Shown: positions 40,435-52,543, numbered from the stretch's first letter. The stretch is 64,000 nucleotides of DNA from Alphaproteobacteria bacterium (GCA_030682495.1 JAUXOC010000057.1:98486-162485); one strand, 5' to 3'. A program made the numbers and translations. The notes: generated by a model from the sequence alone, not told the origin.

Positions 40435-42528
40435 TCAGCTCCACAAATAATGATAAAGAACGGTCAGAATCACCGAAGCCGCGCCAAGTACCGATGACAC
40501 CAGCATGGCCACCTGACGGCCGGACGCAAGCCCGAAGGTACTGCGCCGCGACAGCTGCTGTTCCAGCCCCGCACGCTCGCGCATCAAAAACGCAAATTCA
40601 CGCCGTGCCTGTGCGAAGCGCATCTGGTCGTCTTGTACCACCGCTGCAGAATCAACGATCTCCAGAAGGTTGTTCAGATTGCCGCCGTCGCCCGCGGTCG
40701 CCAGCCGGCGCGCCACTTCCTGCCGCAGGTCACGGTCATAAAAACGGTTCACCGCAGGCTCCATCTGCGCAAGCAGTATGCGCGCCAGTGCCGGCACGGG
40801 CTGGATGCGGAAACGCCGCTGGATGGCGGACAAGGCGCGCAAAACGCCGATGATCTGATAGCCGCGGTCATGCGAGATAATATGACCGAGATAGGGGTCG
40901 ATCATTTTCGGGTCGCGCACCGAAATAAAGGCAATCATATGCCGGTCCAGTATCGGCTCCAGCCGCTGGCCGCGCTGGGCAAGCCTCTCCAGCGCCAAAA
41001 GCAAATGCCCGGGACCGAGGATGTAATAATCACGCAGCTGCGGGCTCAGACAGACAATTTCCTTGTTGAGCAGATAAACCACGCGTTCGATGCCATAGCC
41101 CGGCATTTTTTGCGCCAGAAAGTTGCGGCATTTTTCAAACAGCGTAACGATGCCGCTGGCGTCGGGGATTTCTTCATAGCGCTGGTTGACCCAGCCGTTG
41201 AACAGTTGCAGCGAAATCAGTTCGGCGTAATGCTGCACGTCTTCGCCGCGCGCCATCGCATCGGCCAGCGCCGTGCCGAAGCCATCCGGAAAAACCGCCA
41301 GATCCTTGAAACGGACCGGCGCATAAGGATCCAGCACCTGTGACAGCTCGGCCACAACCCGCTCGCGCATCGCGCCGTCTTCTTTCTTCCAGAAGGTTTC
41401 CAGACGAGCCTCGAGATCGCGGTCTTCAAAATTCCGTTTGAGCCAAAGATCAATATTGTCTTTTTCGATCAGCCCCACGGTATCCGAAATATGCGCCGCC
41501 AGCGACATTGCCAGCGAGCGCAAATCCCAATATTTCCGGTCACGGAAAACGAACGGGCGGCGCGCCTTCATGTTATTATGCGGCTGCTTTGCGCTCAGCC
41601 GCCGGCCTTCCAGCCAGCGCAGCGCATCGTCTAGTCCCCATCTGGCGCTTTCGTCGTCATGCAGAACGCCGCGCAGGAACTCGGACAGATAGGCCGGCAG
41701 GCGTTCGCTGCCGATCAGCGCGCCGTAGCTGCCGTTCTCTATCTTTTCGCGGATAATTTCTTCGTTGCTTTTGCCCACCAGCGGATTGCCGCCGCGCAAG
41801 GTCATCGCCACGCAAATACCCAGCGCGTAAAGATCGTTTTTAACCGTGCCTGTCCCGCGGCCGCCCGGCTGCGCCATCGCACGTTCTATCGTTTCAAAAA
41901 CCGCGCTATGCCGGAAAAACGGCGCGCTGCTGAGACATTCGCCAAGGATCGCCACTTCCGATCCTTCGCCCCCCGCCATAAAAATATTGTCAGCCGTGAT
42001 CGCGCCGTGCACCATATCGATGGACTGGAGCTCTTCCAATACCGACACCGCAGGCTGGATCAGGGCGGCAACGATCCGGTCGTCGCTGATACGCACCGTG
42101 CGCGCAGCACCCAGTGGCAGCAATCGCCGCGCCGGCGGCATGTCAAAAACGAAAACATAGACCTGCTTGGTTTCCGACGGCCATTCGGTAATGCCCGCCG
42201 TCAAAAGCTTTAAAAGATGCGGCGTTTTAATGGCCTGATAGGAACCGACAGCAGAAATGCGCGGGCAGCGGCTGCGCCCGGCGGTCATGGCGAGCAGCGG
42301 TTTACCCTCCCTGAGGTCACGCGCTTCAAAAGCGCGGGTTTCAAAACTGGCGAAGGCTTCAAGCGGCTTGGCAGGAAAAATTTCGACCTCGCCACCCAGC
42401 ACAATGCGGCCATCGTTGCCGGGCGCAGTCACGCTGTAGTGGTCGCTTGCAGGTGCATTGACCTGCCCGCCGCCGGCAGGTTCGGTATAATCTCTAAATA
42501 TTCTGAATATTTTTTCGCGCAGGCGCAT
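40435..42528 (-). CDS. Tail-anchored protein-kinase-like protein, predicted catalytically inactive
   Basis: Kinase-fold landmarks are degenerate: VHGAITADNIF at the HRDLKPxN position, AILGE at DFG, and NDLYALGICVAMTL as subdomain IX. No Gly-rich loop. A long helical region follows, then a C-terminal TM (VAMLVSSVLGAASVILTVLYHYLW). Confidence 0.6.
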   Translation of the reverse strand: MRLREKIFRIFRDYTEPAGGGQVNAPASDHYSVTAPGNDGRIVLGGEVEIFPAKPLEAFASFETRAFEARDLREGKPLLAMTAGRSRCPRISAVGSYQAIKTPHLLKLLTAGITEWPSETKQVYVFVFDMPPARRLLPLGAARTVRISDDRIVAALIQPAVSVLEELQSIDMVHGAITADNIFMAGGEGSEVAILGECLSSAPFFRHSAVFETIERAMAQPGGRGTGTVKNDLYALGICVAMTLRGGNPLVGKSNEEIIREKIENGSYGALIGSERLPAYLSEFLRGVLHDDESARWGLDDALRWLEGRRLSAKQPHNNMKARRPFVFRDRKYWDLRSLAMSLAAHISDTVGLIEKDNIDLWLKRNFEDRDLEARLETFWKKEDGAMRERVVAELSQVLDPYAPVRFKDLAVFPDGFGTALADAMARGEDVQHYAELISLQLFNGWVNQRYEEIPDASGIVTLFEKCRNFLAQKMPGYGIERVVYLLNKEIVCLSPQLRDYYILGPGHLLLALERLAQRGQRLEPILDRHMIAFISVRDPKMIDPYLGHIISHDRGYQIIGVLRALSAIQRRFRIQPVPALARILLAQMEPAVNRFYDRDLRQEVARRLATAGDGGNLNNLLEIVDSAAVVQDDQMRFAQARREFAFLMRERAGLEQQLSRRSTFGLASGRQVAMLVSSVLGAASVILTVLYHYLWS

Positions 42529-42585
42529 TCAACTTCCCTGAAAACCCGCTTTCAGTTTAGCGGTATCAGGTAAACGATGCATGAA

Positions 42586-42613
42586 GAAAAACGTTTCCGA
42601 TAATTACGGAAAC
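42586..42613 (-). terminator. Rho-independent terminator after gabD
   Basis: On the minus strand: GTTTCCG-TAATTAT-CGGAAAC followed by GTTTTTC. Confidence 0.55.
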
Positions 42614-42614
42614 A

Positions 42615-44108
42615 TTAGACCCCGCCGAGCGCGACCAATTTCAGCTCCAGATAGTCTTCGATACCGTATTTGGAGCCTTCATGGCCGATGCCCGACTGTT
42701 TCCAGCCGCCAAAGGGCGCCTGCGGCGCGACAATCGCCACACTGTTGACACCGACCATGCCGTATTCCAGCGCCTCTGCCACGCGCCAGGCGCGGCTGAT
42801 ATTGCCGGTGTAGAAATAGGCGGCGAGCCCGTATTCGGTATCGTTCGCCATTTTAATGACATCTTCGTCGGTCTTGAAGCGGAAGACAGGCGCCAGCGGG
42901 CCAAAAGTTTCTTCGCGGAAGCAGGCCATATCGGGCGTGGCACCCGACACCACCGTCGGCTCGAAAAATGTCTGGCCAAGCGCGTGGCGCTGCCCGCCTG
43001 TGGTGACTTTTCCGCCTTTTGCTGTCGCGTCTTTCAGGTGCTGTTCGACTTTTTCGACGCCTTTTTGATTAATCATCGGGCCCAGCTCGACGCCGTCATC
43101 AAAACCGCTGCCGACTTTCATTGCCGCAACGGCTGCCGTAAATTTTTCGACGAAGGCATCATAAACACCGTCCTGCACAAAAACACGGTTGGCGCAAACG
43201 CAGGTCTGCCCGCTGTTGCGGAATTTGGATGCAATCGCCCCCGTCACCGCCGCATCGATATCGGCATCGTCAAAAACGATAAACGGCGCATTGCCGCCCA
43301 GCTCCAGCGAAACTTTTTTGATGGTCGATGCCGCCTGCGCCATCAGAATTTTGCCGACAGCGGTCGATCCGGTAAAGCCGATCTTGCGCACCGTCGGGTT
43401 TTCGGTCATTTCCTTGCCAATCGGCGGCGCGTCGCCCAGCACGATATTGAACACGCCCGCCGGAATGCCCGCACGTTCGGCCAGAACCGCCAGTGCCAGC
43501 GCCGAAAACGGCGTCAGTTCGGACGGCTTCAGCACCACTGTGCAGCCCGCCGCCAGCGCGGGGCCGGATTTACGCGTAATCATCGAAGACGGAAAATTCC
43601 ACGGCGTAATCATCGCCGATACGCCAATCGGCTGTTTCAGCGTCATCAGACGGTGCGATGTGTTATGCGTGGGAATAATATCGCCATAAATGCGGCGGCA
43701 TTCTTCGGCCATCCATTCGACATAGCCGATACCGCTTTGAATTTCGGCCTTTGCCTGCGCAAGCGGCTTGCCCTGCTCTGCTGTCAGAATGCGGCACAGG
43801 TCGTCAATGTTTTCGGTCTGCAAATCCGCCCAGCGGCGCAGGATTTTTGCACGCTCGACTGCCAGCAGGCTGCGCCATGCACCAAAAGCTTTATCGGCAG
43901 CGGCAATCGCGCGGCGGGTTTCTTCCGCGCCCATATTGGGTACAGCGCCAAGCACATCGCCCGTTGCGGGGTTTGTCACCTCGACCGTTTTGCCGCTGTC
44001 TGCCGAAACCCATTTGCCGTCGATATAGCATTGGTCACGCCAGAGCGCGGGGTCTTTCAGCTTCAGCGCGGCGGCGACGTCGGCAGGTTTGCGCAAGGGC
44101 TGGGACAT
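42615..44108 (-). CDS. gabD: Succinate-semialdehyde dehydrogenase (NAD(P)+)
   Basis: Aldehyde dehydrogenase motifs ELGGNAPFIVFDDAD and FRNSGQTCVCANR. Start at ATG 44108 preceded by AGGAGA. Confidence 0.85.
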   Translation of the reverse strand: MSQPLRKPADVAAALKLKDPALWRDQCYIDGKWVSADSGKTVEVTNPATGDVLGAVPNMGAEETRRAIAAADKAFGAWRSLLAVERAKILRRWADLQTENIDDLCRILTAEQGKPLAQAKAEIQSGIGYVEWMAEECRRIYGDIIPTHNTSHRLMTLKQPIGVSAMITPWNFPSSMITRKSGPALAAGCTVVLKPSELTPFSALALAVLAERAGIPAGVFNIVLGDAPPIGKEMTENPTVRKIGFTGSTAVGKILMAQAASTIKKVSLELGGNAPFIVFDDADIDAAVTGAIASKFRNSGQTCVCANRVFVQDGVYDAFVEKFTAAVAAMKVGSGFDDGVELGPMINQKGVEKVEQHLKDATAKGGKVTTGGQRHALGQTFFEPTVVSGATPDMACFREETFGPLAPVFRFKTDEDVIKMANDTEYGLAAYFYTGNISRAWRVAEALEYGMVGVNSVAIVAPQAPFGGWKQSGIGHEGSKYGIEDYLELKLVALGGV

Positions 44109-44214
44109 GATATTTCTCCTGAAAGATGATGCAAATAATATGGCGGGTTTACGGCGCGGCGGCAACCCCCGCGCAAATTCCCTGCGGCATCAAGACCTTC
44201 ACCCCCTCAAACGC

Positions 44215-44245
44215 AAAAAAGCCGCCGGGATGCGGCGGCTTTTTG
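44215..44245. terminator. Terminator after atp operon
   Basis: AGCCGCCG-GGATG-CGGCGGCT flanked by A6 and T5. Confidence 0.7.
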
Positions 44246-44261
44246 TAGCACCTTTGGGCTT

Positions 44262-44690
44262 TTACGCCGCCTGCGCGAGCGCGGCCAGTTTGGCGCGGAC
44301 AATATCGATGTTTTTCTGGATATGCGCGGTTTTGCTGGGGTCGTCCTTGGAAAAGCCCAGATCATCTTCGAAGTTTTTCAACTTTTCGTTCAGCGCCTCG
44401 CGGTCAAGGTCGCTGACGTTCACGGCTTCTTCGGCCAGTACGGCGCAAAGATCGCCCGTCACATCGACAAACCCGCCGGAGACGAAGATGCGGCGCACCT
44501 CACCCGAAGGCGACGTCACCGACACCACGCCGGGGCGCAGACTGGACAGCAGCGGCGCATGGTCGGCCAGAATGCCCAGCTCTCCCTCGCCGCCCGGAAC
44601 GATCACCATGCTGGCCTCTTCGGAGGCAAGAATACGCTCCGGCGAGACCAGTTCGAACTGGAAGGTTTTATCGGTCAGCTTTTCGGCCAT
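44262..44690 (-). CDS. atpC: F1 ATP synthase epsilon subunit
   Basis: 142 aa, last gene of the F1 cluster. Confidence 0.9.
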   Translation of the reverse strand: MAEKLTDKTFQFELVSPERILASEEASMVIVPGGEGELGILADHAPLLSSLRPGVVSVTSPSGEVRRIFVSGGFVDVTGDLCAVLAEEAVNVSDLDREALNEKLKNFEDDLGFSKDDPSKTAHIQKNIDIVRAKLAALAQAA

Positions 44691-44728
44691 GTCCCGTATC
44701 CTTGGTCTTCGTTGGGGGCTTCGTTAGA

Positions 44729-46192
<1,464 letters not shown>

Positions 46193-46228
46193 TTAAATCT
46201 TTGTGTCTTGTGTTTCGTGTCGCGCGGG

Positions 46229-47134
46229 TTATACGGCTTCGGCACCCGAAATGATCTCGATCAGTTCTTTGGTGATGTAGGCCTGACGCGCGCGGTTGTA
46301 TTTCAGCGTCAGTTTGGAAATCATGTCGCCCGCGTTGCGCGTGGCGTTATCCATCGCGGTCATACGCGCGGCCTGTTCGCCCGCCGCACTGTCGAGCAGC
46401 GAGCGGAAGACCTGCACCGCAAGGTTGCGCGGCAAAAGATCGGCGAGGATGGCTTCTTCGTTCGGTTCGAATTCATAAAGGGCTTTGGCCACACCCGCTT
46501 CGGCCGGTTTTTCTTCCTCGGCGCCCTCTGCGGCGTCTTCCACCGACAGCGGGATCAGCTGGGATGCCGTCGGCACCTGACGGATCACCGATTTGAACTG
46601 GTTATAGACCAGATTGCAGACGTCAAACTCGCCGCGCTCCAGCGCATCGAGGATATAATCCGACACCTGCGCTGCATCTGCGAAAGACAAATGTTTTTTA
46701 CCGAGGTTTTCAAAAACCTGTACGATCTTGTCGGCATGGTCACGCTTCAGCGATGCCGCGCCTTTGCGGCCAACGCAGACCAGCTTGACCGTTTTACCGG
46801 CCGTGACCAGATCGCGGATTTTCAGGCGCGCCAGACGGACGATAGAGCCGTTAAAGCCGCCGCACAAACCACGGTCAGACGTGATAACGACGAGCAATTG
46901 CACATCATCCTTGCCCGTGCCCGCCATCAACAGCGGCGCGCTGCTGCCCATGTCGATGTTGGCGACAAGGCGGCCCAGCATACCCGACATGCGCGCGGCA
47001 TAGGGCTGGCTGGCTTCGGCCTGCTGCTGGGCGCGGCGCAGTTTGGACGCCGCGACCATTTTCATGGCCGAGGTGATCTTGCGCGTGGATTTCACGCTGG
47101 CGATCCGATTTCTGAAGTCCTTCAAACTGGGCAT
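46229..47134 (-). CDS. atpG: F1 ATP synthase gamma subunit
   Basis: 301 aa with the [21 protein letters not shown] start typical of AtpG. Confidence 0.95.
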   Translation of the reverse strand: MPSLKDFRNRIASVKSTRKITSAMKMVAASKLRRAQQQAEASQPYAARMSGMLGRLVANIDMGSSAPLLMAGTGKDDVQLLVVITSDRGLCGGFNGSIVRLARLKIRDLVTAGKTVKLVCVGRKGAASLKRDHADKIVQVFENLGKKHLSFADAAQVSDYILDALERGEFDVCNLVYNQFKSVIRQVPTASQLIPLSVEDAAEGAEEEKPAEAGVAKALYEFEPNEEAILADLLPRNLAVQVFRSLLDSAAGEQAARMTAMDNATRNAGDMISKLTLKYNRARQAYITKELIEIISGAEAV

Positions 47135-47170
47135 GTTGCTACCTTATCCGTATCCGTGTCGCAGCTGTTA

Positions 47171-48718
47171 TCAGGCGGCCTTTTTGGAGCCGACGAAGGT
47201 CGTGCAGAAGTCCTGCATGAACTTTTCGAGCGCGGCTTTGGTTTCGTCGCTGATTTTCTGCTCGTCGCGGATGGCTTTCAGAACGTTCGGCGCCTGCGTA
47301 CGGGCCGCGCTCAGCATCTGCGTTTCGAATTTGGTCACATCGGCCACGGCGATCTTGTCGAGATAGCCGTTCACACCGGCGAAGATCGACAGAACCTGTT
47401 CTTCCATCGACAGCGGGCTGTACTGGTTCTGCTTGAGCAGTTCCGTCAGGCGCGCGCCGCGGGCGAGCAGTTTCTGGGTCGAGGCATCGAGGTCAGAGGC
47501 GAACTGCGCGAAGGCTTCCATCTCGCGGAACTGCGCGAGGTCGAGCTTGATCGTACCGGCAACCTGTTTCATCGCTTTCGTCTGCGCGGCAGAACCGACG
47601 CGCGAAACCGACAGACCGACGGAGATCGCGGGGCGGATGCCTTTGTAGAACAGACCGGTATCGAGGAAGATCTGGCCGTCGGTGATTGAAATCACGTTCG
47701 TCGGAATATAGGCGGAAACGTCACCGGCCTGCGTTTCGATGATCGGCAGCGCGGTCATGGAGCCTGCGCCCATGGCATCGTTCAGCTTCGAGGCGCGCTC
47801 CAGCAGGCGGGAGTGCAGATAGAACACGTCGCCGGGATAAGCTTCGCGGCCCGGCGGGCGGCGCAGCAGCAGCGACATCTGGCGGTAAGCCACAGCCTGT
47901 TTGGACAGGTCATCGTATACGATCAGCGCGTGCATGCCGTTGTCGCGGAAATATTCTGCCATCGTGCAGCCGGTATAGGGCGCAAGATATTGCAGCGGCG
48001 CGGGTTCGGATGCGGTCGCGGCGACGATGATGGAGTATTCCAGCGCGCCGTTTTCTTCGAGTGTTTTGACGAGCTGGGCAACGGTAGAGCGTTTCTGGCC
48101 GATGGCGACGTACACGCAGTAGAGTTTTTTCTTTTCGTCCGTGCCTTGGTTAATTTCTTTCTGGTTCAGGATCGTATCGACGGCGATGGCGGTTTTGCCG
48201 GTCTGGCGGTCGCCGATGATCAGTTCGCGCTGGCCGCGGCCGACGGGCACGAGCGCATCGAGCGCCTTGATGCCGGTCTGCATCGGTTCATGCACCGATT
48301 TACGGGCGATGATGCCGGGCGCCTTTACATCCACGCGACGGCTTTCGTCGGATTTAATCGGGCCTTTACCATCAATCGGGTTGCCAAGACCATCGACCAC
48401 GCGGCCGAGCAGGCCGCGGCCCACGGGCACGGACACGATTTCGCCGGTCTGGCGTACGATGTCGCCTTCTTTGATGTCGCGGTCGTCACCGAAGATCACC
48501 ACACCGACATTGTCGGTTTCAAGGTTCAGCGCCATGCCTTTAATGCCGTTCGAGAATTCGACCATCTCGCCGGCTTTAACATTGTCGAGGCCGTAGATAC
48601 GGGCAACGCCGTCACCGACGGACACGACCTGACCGACTTCGGCGACATCTGCCTCGGCGCCGAATTTTTCGATCTGGCTTTTGAGGATGGAGGAGATTTC
48701 AGCTGCGCGGATTTCCAT
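47171..48718 (-). CDS. atpA: F1 ATP synthase alpha subunit
   Basis: Walker [10 protein letters not shown], 515 aa. Confidence 0.97.
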   Translation of the reverse strand: MEIRAAEISSILKSQIEKFGAEADVAEVGQVVSVGDGVARIYGLDNVKAGEMVEFSNGIKGMALNLETDNVGVVIFGDDRDIKEGDIVRQTGEIVSVPVGRGLLGRVVDGLGNPIDGKGPIKSDESRRVDVKAPGIIARKSVHEPMQTGIKALDALVPVGRGQRELIIGDRQTGKTAIAVDTILNQKEINQGTDEKKKLYCVYVAIGQKRSTVAQLVKTLEENGALEYSIIVAATASEPAPLQYLAPYTGCTMAEYFRDNGMHALIVYDDLSKQAVAYRQMSLLLRRPPGREAYPGDVFYLHSRLLERASKLNDAMGAGSMTALPIIETQAGDVSAYIPTNVISITDGQIFLDTGLFYKGIRPAISVGLSVSRVGSAAQTKAMKQVAGTIKLDLAQFREMEAFAQFASDLDASTQKLLARGARLTELLKQNQYSPLSMEEQVLSIFAGVNGYLDKIAVADVTKFETQMLSAARTQAPNVLKAIRDEQKISDETKAALEKFMQDFCTTFVGSKKAA

Positions 48719-48720
48719 GG

Positions 48721-49320
48721 TTACGCTACCTCTTTCATTTTCTTTTTGTCGGATGTGTTGTTGCTGCTTTTGAGCGCGCGGTGCAGGCGCTCGAGCTTGG
48801 TCTTGACGGAACTGTCGATCAGGCGGGAGCCGACACGAATGACAAGCCCCCCCATAATTGCGGGATCAACGCTGAGCCTGACTTTGACGTCAGCGCCGAG
48901 CGCTTTTTTCAGGTTGGCGGCAATACGGTCGATCTGCCCCTGTTCCAGCGCCTGTGCGGCGGTGACGTCAGCGGTGATTTCGCCATTGTGCGCGGCGATC
49001 ATGCTCTGCACGGCGTCTACCACCAGCGGCAGAACGGCAAGGCGGCGTTTCAGCGCCAGCATGCCGAGGAACTGTGCCGTCACGGGCGCCAGCTTCAGAT
49101 GCGCGGCAACAGCTTTGAGCGCTTCTGCCTGCGCTTCGCGGCGCAGCGTCGGATTGTGCATAAAGGAGAGAACCTCGCCGCCGCTATCCAGCAGGGCGGT
49201 CAGAGTCAGCATGTCACGGGCGATGGTTTCGACCTGCGACTGCTCTTTCGCCAGCTCAAAAAAGGCTGTGGCGTAGCGTTTTGCGGTGTCCTGGTTTCCT
49301 GTACGGGAAGCCACTGTCAA
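48721..49320 (-). CDS. atpH: F1 ATP synthase delta (OSCP) subunit
   Basis: 199 aa, first gene of the atpHAGDC cluster, OSCP-like. Confidence 0.9.
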   Translation of the reverse strand: MTVASRTGNQDTAKRYATAFFELAKEQSQVETIARDMLTLTALLDSGGEVLSFMHNPTLRREAQAEALKAVAAHLKLAPVTAQFLGMLALKRRLAVLPLVVDAVQSMIAAHNGEITADVTAAQALEQGQIDRIAANLKKALGADVKVRLSVDPAIMGGLVIRVGSRLIDSSVKTKLERLHRALKSSNNTSDKKKMKEVA

Positions 49321-49486
49321 CCCCTTTCAAAAAATCACGTTTTTCTACGAGCGCGGTACATATCTACGCCTACGAGCGGGGATTTAACATGACTCGCAGA
49401 CCGGATGCAACTGAATCCCGCGCAAATCCTTAAAAAACGCACCAAAAACCCCGCCCCCACCCAAAGGCGCGAAAATCAGGCAAAAC

Positions 49487-49525
49487 AAAACCGCCGGCCC
49501 AAGCTGTACCGGCGGTTTTGTTTTT
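49487..49525 (-). terminator. Rho-independent terminator after sco gene
   Basis: AAAACCGCCGG / CCGGCGGTTTT stem followed by a T-rich tail. Confidence 0.7.
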
Positions 49526-49537
49526 CGTAATATCTTG

Positions 49538-50332
49538 TCAGTTCAGATGCGGTGTCGATTTTTGGACAATCGTATCGGCGGTGTCGCTGCTGCCGAATAT
49601 TTCCAGAAGCTCGTCATTCTCCGACATCAGATAGATATAGCCGGAATGATCCATCAGATAATTGTCCACATCGCCGCCTTCGGCAATGGCGGCATAAACT
49701 TTGTAGATGCTTTTGATGTGATCGACTTGCGCATCCGTACCGGTCAGCCCAACGACGCGGCTGTCATAGTCAGACAGATATTCTTTGAGGCGCGCAGCGG
49801 TGTCACGCTTGGGGTCGGTGGTGACAAAAATCGGCTGGATATTTTCAGCCTTGCCTGCAAGCACGCCCATCGCCGCGCCGATTTTATCCAGCGCTGCGGG
49901 ACAGATGTCGGGGCAATGCGTAAAGCCGAAGAACACCAGCTTTTTCTTGCCGGGCCATGATTTTTCGGTCACATCCGCACCGTTGTGGTCGGTCATGGTA
50001 AAAGCGCCGCCCACGCTGGAGCCGGCGACCTTTTGCCCTTCCGGCGCAGGCGTGGCTTGCGGTTCGGATGATGCCGTCGTTTCTGCGCTATCTGTATCAT
50101 CGCCATAAAGCGCATCCAGCGGATCGGGCATGGCGGGCGCACCGTCAACGATACTGTCGCGGCGCGGACGATCGCCAATGGCCACAGGCTGGATATGGAT
50201 AGCCTGCTGTTCGGCGGCGGCCTGTTCCTGCGCGGCCGAGGGCGCACCCTGACGGCCCTGAAACCACGCCAGCGCGGCGCCCATGGCAAAGGCAACAAGG
50301 GCGAGCAGGATGAATTTGACGAGATTTTTCAT
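49538..50332 (-). CDS. SCO1/SenC-family copper chaperone
   Basis: Thioredoxin-like motif FGFTHCPDICP and an N-terminal TM. Start at ATG 50332. Confidence 0.85.
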   Translation of the reverse strand: MKNLVKFILLALVAFAMGAALAWFQGRQGAPSAAQEQAAAEQQAIHIQPVAIGDRPRRDSIVDGAPAMPDPLDALYGDDTDSAETTASSEPQATPAPEGQKVAGSSVGGAFTMTDHNGADVTEKSWPGKKKLVFFGFTHCPDICPAALDKIGAAMGVLAGKAENIQPIFVTTDPKRDTAARLKEYLSDYDSRVVGLTGTDAQVDHIKSIYKVYAAIAEGGDVDNYLMDHSGYIYLMSENDELLEIFGSSDTADTIVQKSTPHLN

Positions 50333-50398
50333 GTGCGGAATCTCCAAAGAGTAAATAATAACAACTGCCTGAGATATAAGCGCGGCGGGCGTTTTAAA

Positions 50399-51046
50399 TC
50401 AAGCCTCTTCGCCCGCTTCCGCGGCAAAACGGGTCAGATAATCGCGCATAAAGGCCGCGCGGCGGGCGCCCTCGGCACGTCCGGCGGCGGTTTGCAGGGT
50501 TTCTGCAGTTTTGAACAGCTTTACAAAGAAATGGTCGAGCGTATAGATGCGGTCATCCGGCGCGCGGCTCTGCGCCAGAATATCGCCGTCAAAATAGAAC
50601 GGCCGCGACAAAAGCGCCCCCACGGTAAAACAGCGCGCAATGCCAATCGCGCCCAGACCATCCAGCCGGTCAGCATCCTGCACGACCCTTGCCTCCGGCG
50701 TTTCGGGTTTGATGGCAGCGCTGAAGCTATGCGCGGCGATGGCGTGATGAATGGCGTCAAAATGCACGGCGGGATAGTTCATTTCTGTCAGAATAGTCAC
50801 CGCCATATCGGCCGCAAGGCGTGATGCCTGCGCGCGGCGCGGGTCGTCCTTGGCCACACTGACGCAATCGTGAAACCAGGCGGCGGGCATGACGATGGCG
50901 GGATCAGCCCCCTCTTCTGCCGCCAGCTTCAGCGCGCCGCGCACCACGCGCCGGATATGCAGCATGTCATGCGACGGATCAGATGCAGGGTAGAGTTCCT
51001 GCGCCTTTGCCGCGAAAATATTTTGCCATTCCTGCCTGTTTTGCAC
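50399..51046 (-). CDS. HD-domain phosphohydrolase
   Basis: H...HD motif (MLHIRRV..., AAWFHDC). Start proposed at GTG 51046, 6 nt after AGGAG. Confidence 0.7.
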   Translation of the reverse strand: MQNRQEWQNIFAAKAQELYPASDPSHDMLHIRRVVRGALKLAAEEGADPAIVMPAAWFHDCVSVAKDDPRRAQASRLAADMAVTILTEMNYPAVHFDAIHHAIAAHSFSAAIKPETPEARVVQDADRLDGLGAIGIARCFTVGALLSRPFYFDGDILAQSRAPDDRIYTLDHFFVKLFKTAETLQTAAGRAEGARRAAFMRDYLTRFAAEAGEEA

Positions 51047-51129
51047 GGGATGCTCCTGCGTAGGGGGTGAAAAGCCTTTTGCCGCTTTGGCCGCGACTAT
51101 ATAATGAAGCCCAGGCGAAAGGAACAGCC

Positions 51130-52005
51130 ATGCGCTATTTTTTAACCGGCGGGTCGGGCGATGCAGGCACACTTTTGACGCAAAGCCTGCTTGCGCGCGG
51201 CGATGCCGTGACCAACCTTGACCTTGCCCCGCCCAACGTCACGGGGGCTGTGCATATCGCGGGCTCGCTGCTGGACCATGACGCGCTGCCTGCTGCGCTT
51301 TTTGGCCACGATACGGTGGTGCATATCGCGGCATGGCACGGCATTCACGAACAGGCGGGCAAGACACCGCGCGATTTCCACGACCTGAATGTCACTGGCA
51401 CGTTTAATATCCTCGAGGCCGCAGCCGGCGCAGATATCAAAAATTTTGTTTTTATTTCATCGACCAGCGTCGAAGACCGCTTTGGCGTCTATGGCCATAC
51501 AAAAATTCTCAACGAAGAAATGTGCCGCGCCTATGCGCAGCGGCACGGCATGCAGGTTGTCATTCTGCGTCCGCGCGCGTTTGTCCCGCCGTGGAACCGC
51601 GCGGTTTACAGCGATTTTATAGGCTGGGCGCAGTGGTTTATGAAAGGCGCGGTGCATGTGACGGATGTGAATGCCGCCATTCTTGCCGCTTGTGATCTTC
51701 TCGCCGCCGCGCCCCTGCCCGAAGCCGCGCCCGTGTATGTGATCGACGGCGCCTATGATTATAGCGCAGCAGAATTGGCAAACTGGGACGCCGCGGGCGC
51801 GGGCAGCAGCTTTCGCGCACGCTATGGCGATTTCGAGGGATTGATGGCACAGCACGGGCTTGATATCACACGCAAGCCGCGCGTGCTGTGCATACCTGAT
51901 GCACAGCGGCTGCCCGGCTATGTGCCGCGCTATAGCATGCAAAATCTGCTGGAAGATTTACAGAGGTACGGAGCCGCAGGTCCACCGCCGCCTTATGCGG
52001 CCTGA
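51130..52005 (+). CDS. NAD-dependent epimerase/dehydratase-family protein
   Basis: Rossmann start MRYFLTGGSGDAGTLL and a YGHTK catalytic Tyr-x3-Lys. Confidence 0.8.
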   Translation: MRYFLTGGSGDAGTLLTQSLLARGDAVTNLDLAPPNVTGAVHIAGSLLDHDALPAALFGHDTVVHIAAWHGIHEQAGKTPRDFHDLNVTGTFNILEAAAGADIKNFVFISSTSVEDRFGVYGHTKILNEEMCRAYAQRHGMQVVILRPRAFVPPWNRAVYSDFIGWAQWFMKGAVHVTDVNAAILAACDLLAAAPLPEAAPVYVIDGAYDYSAAELANWDAAGAGSSFRARYGDFEGLMAQHGLDITRKPRVLCIPDAQRLPGYVPRYSMQNLLEDLQRYGAAGPPPPYAA

Positions 52006-52016
52006 ACCCCGCGCCG

Positions 52017-52415
52017 TTATTTTTTCTGCGGCATAATGCAGGCCACGGGGTGCATTATGCGCGAGGTTTCGGTCTGGTGCGTGATTTCATAGCAGGTGGT
52101 GGCGGTGATGTATTTGCCGCCCGATTTTCCACTGACGACTTTTTTCCACTGGCCGGTGCTTTCGTCAAAAAAAACATCCTCCGGCATCGGCAGGCCTTGC
52201 TGCTTTTCGGCTTCCTTGCGGGCTTCGCGCGCGGCACGGTATTCTTCGCGGGTTTGCGGGCGCGGCGTCGTATCTTTCGAAAAGATATTCGCAACACCGG
52301 AATGGACGGGCGAGCCCGGCTGTTGTTGCGGCGTCGTCTGCGCGCTGGCAGGTGCGGCGGCCAAAAACACGGCGATCAAAAGGGCGGCACAGGGGCGGGC
52401 AAAGCGCGCAATCAT
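52017..52415 (-). CDS. Small secreted hypothetical protein
   Basis: Signal peptide MIARFARPCAALLIAVFLAAAPASAQ, with AAGGAGAA upstream of ATG 52415. Confidence 0.55.
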   Translation of the reverse strand: MIARFARPCAALLIAVFLAAAPASAQTTPQQQPGSPVHSGVANIFSKDTTPRPQTREEYRAAREARKEAEKQQGLPMPEDVFFDESTGQWKKVVSGKSGGKYITATTCYEITHQTETSRIMHPVACIMPQKK

Positions 52416-52543
52416 AACGGTTCTCCTTGGGATATATACCTCTATCATTATATCACGTCTGACCGCGACCAAACCCTGCGGCATGATAAAAAATATTTCT
52501 ACCGGACAAAAACCCCGTAAAAACAGTATCTTTTTACGCAGCG

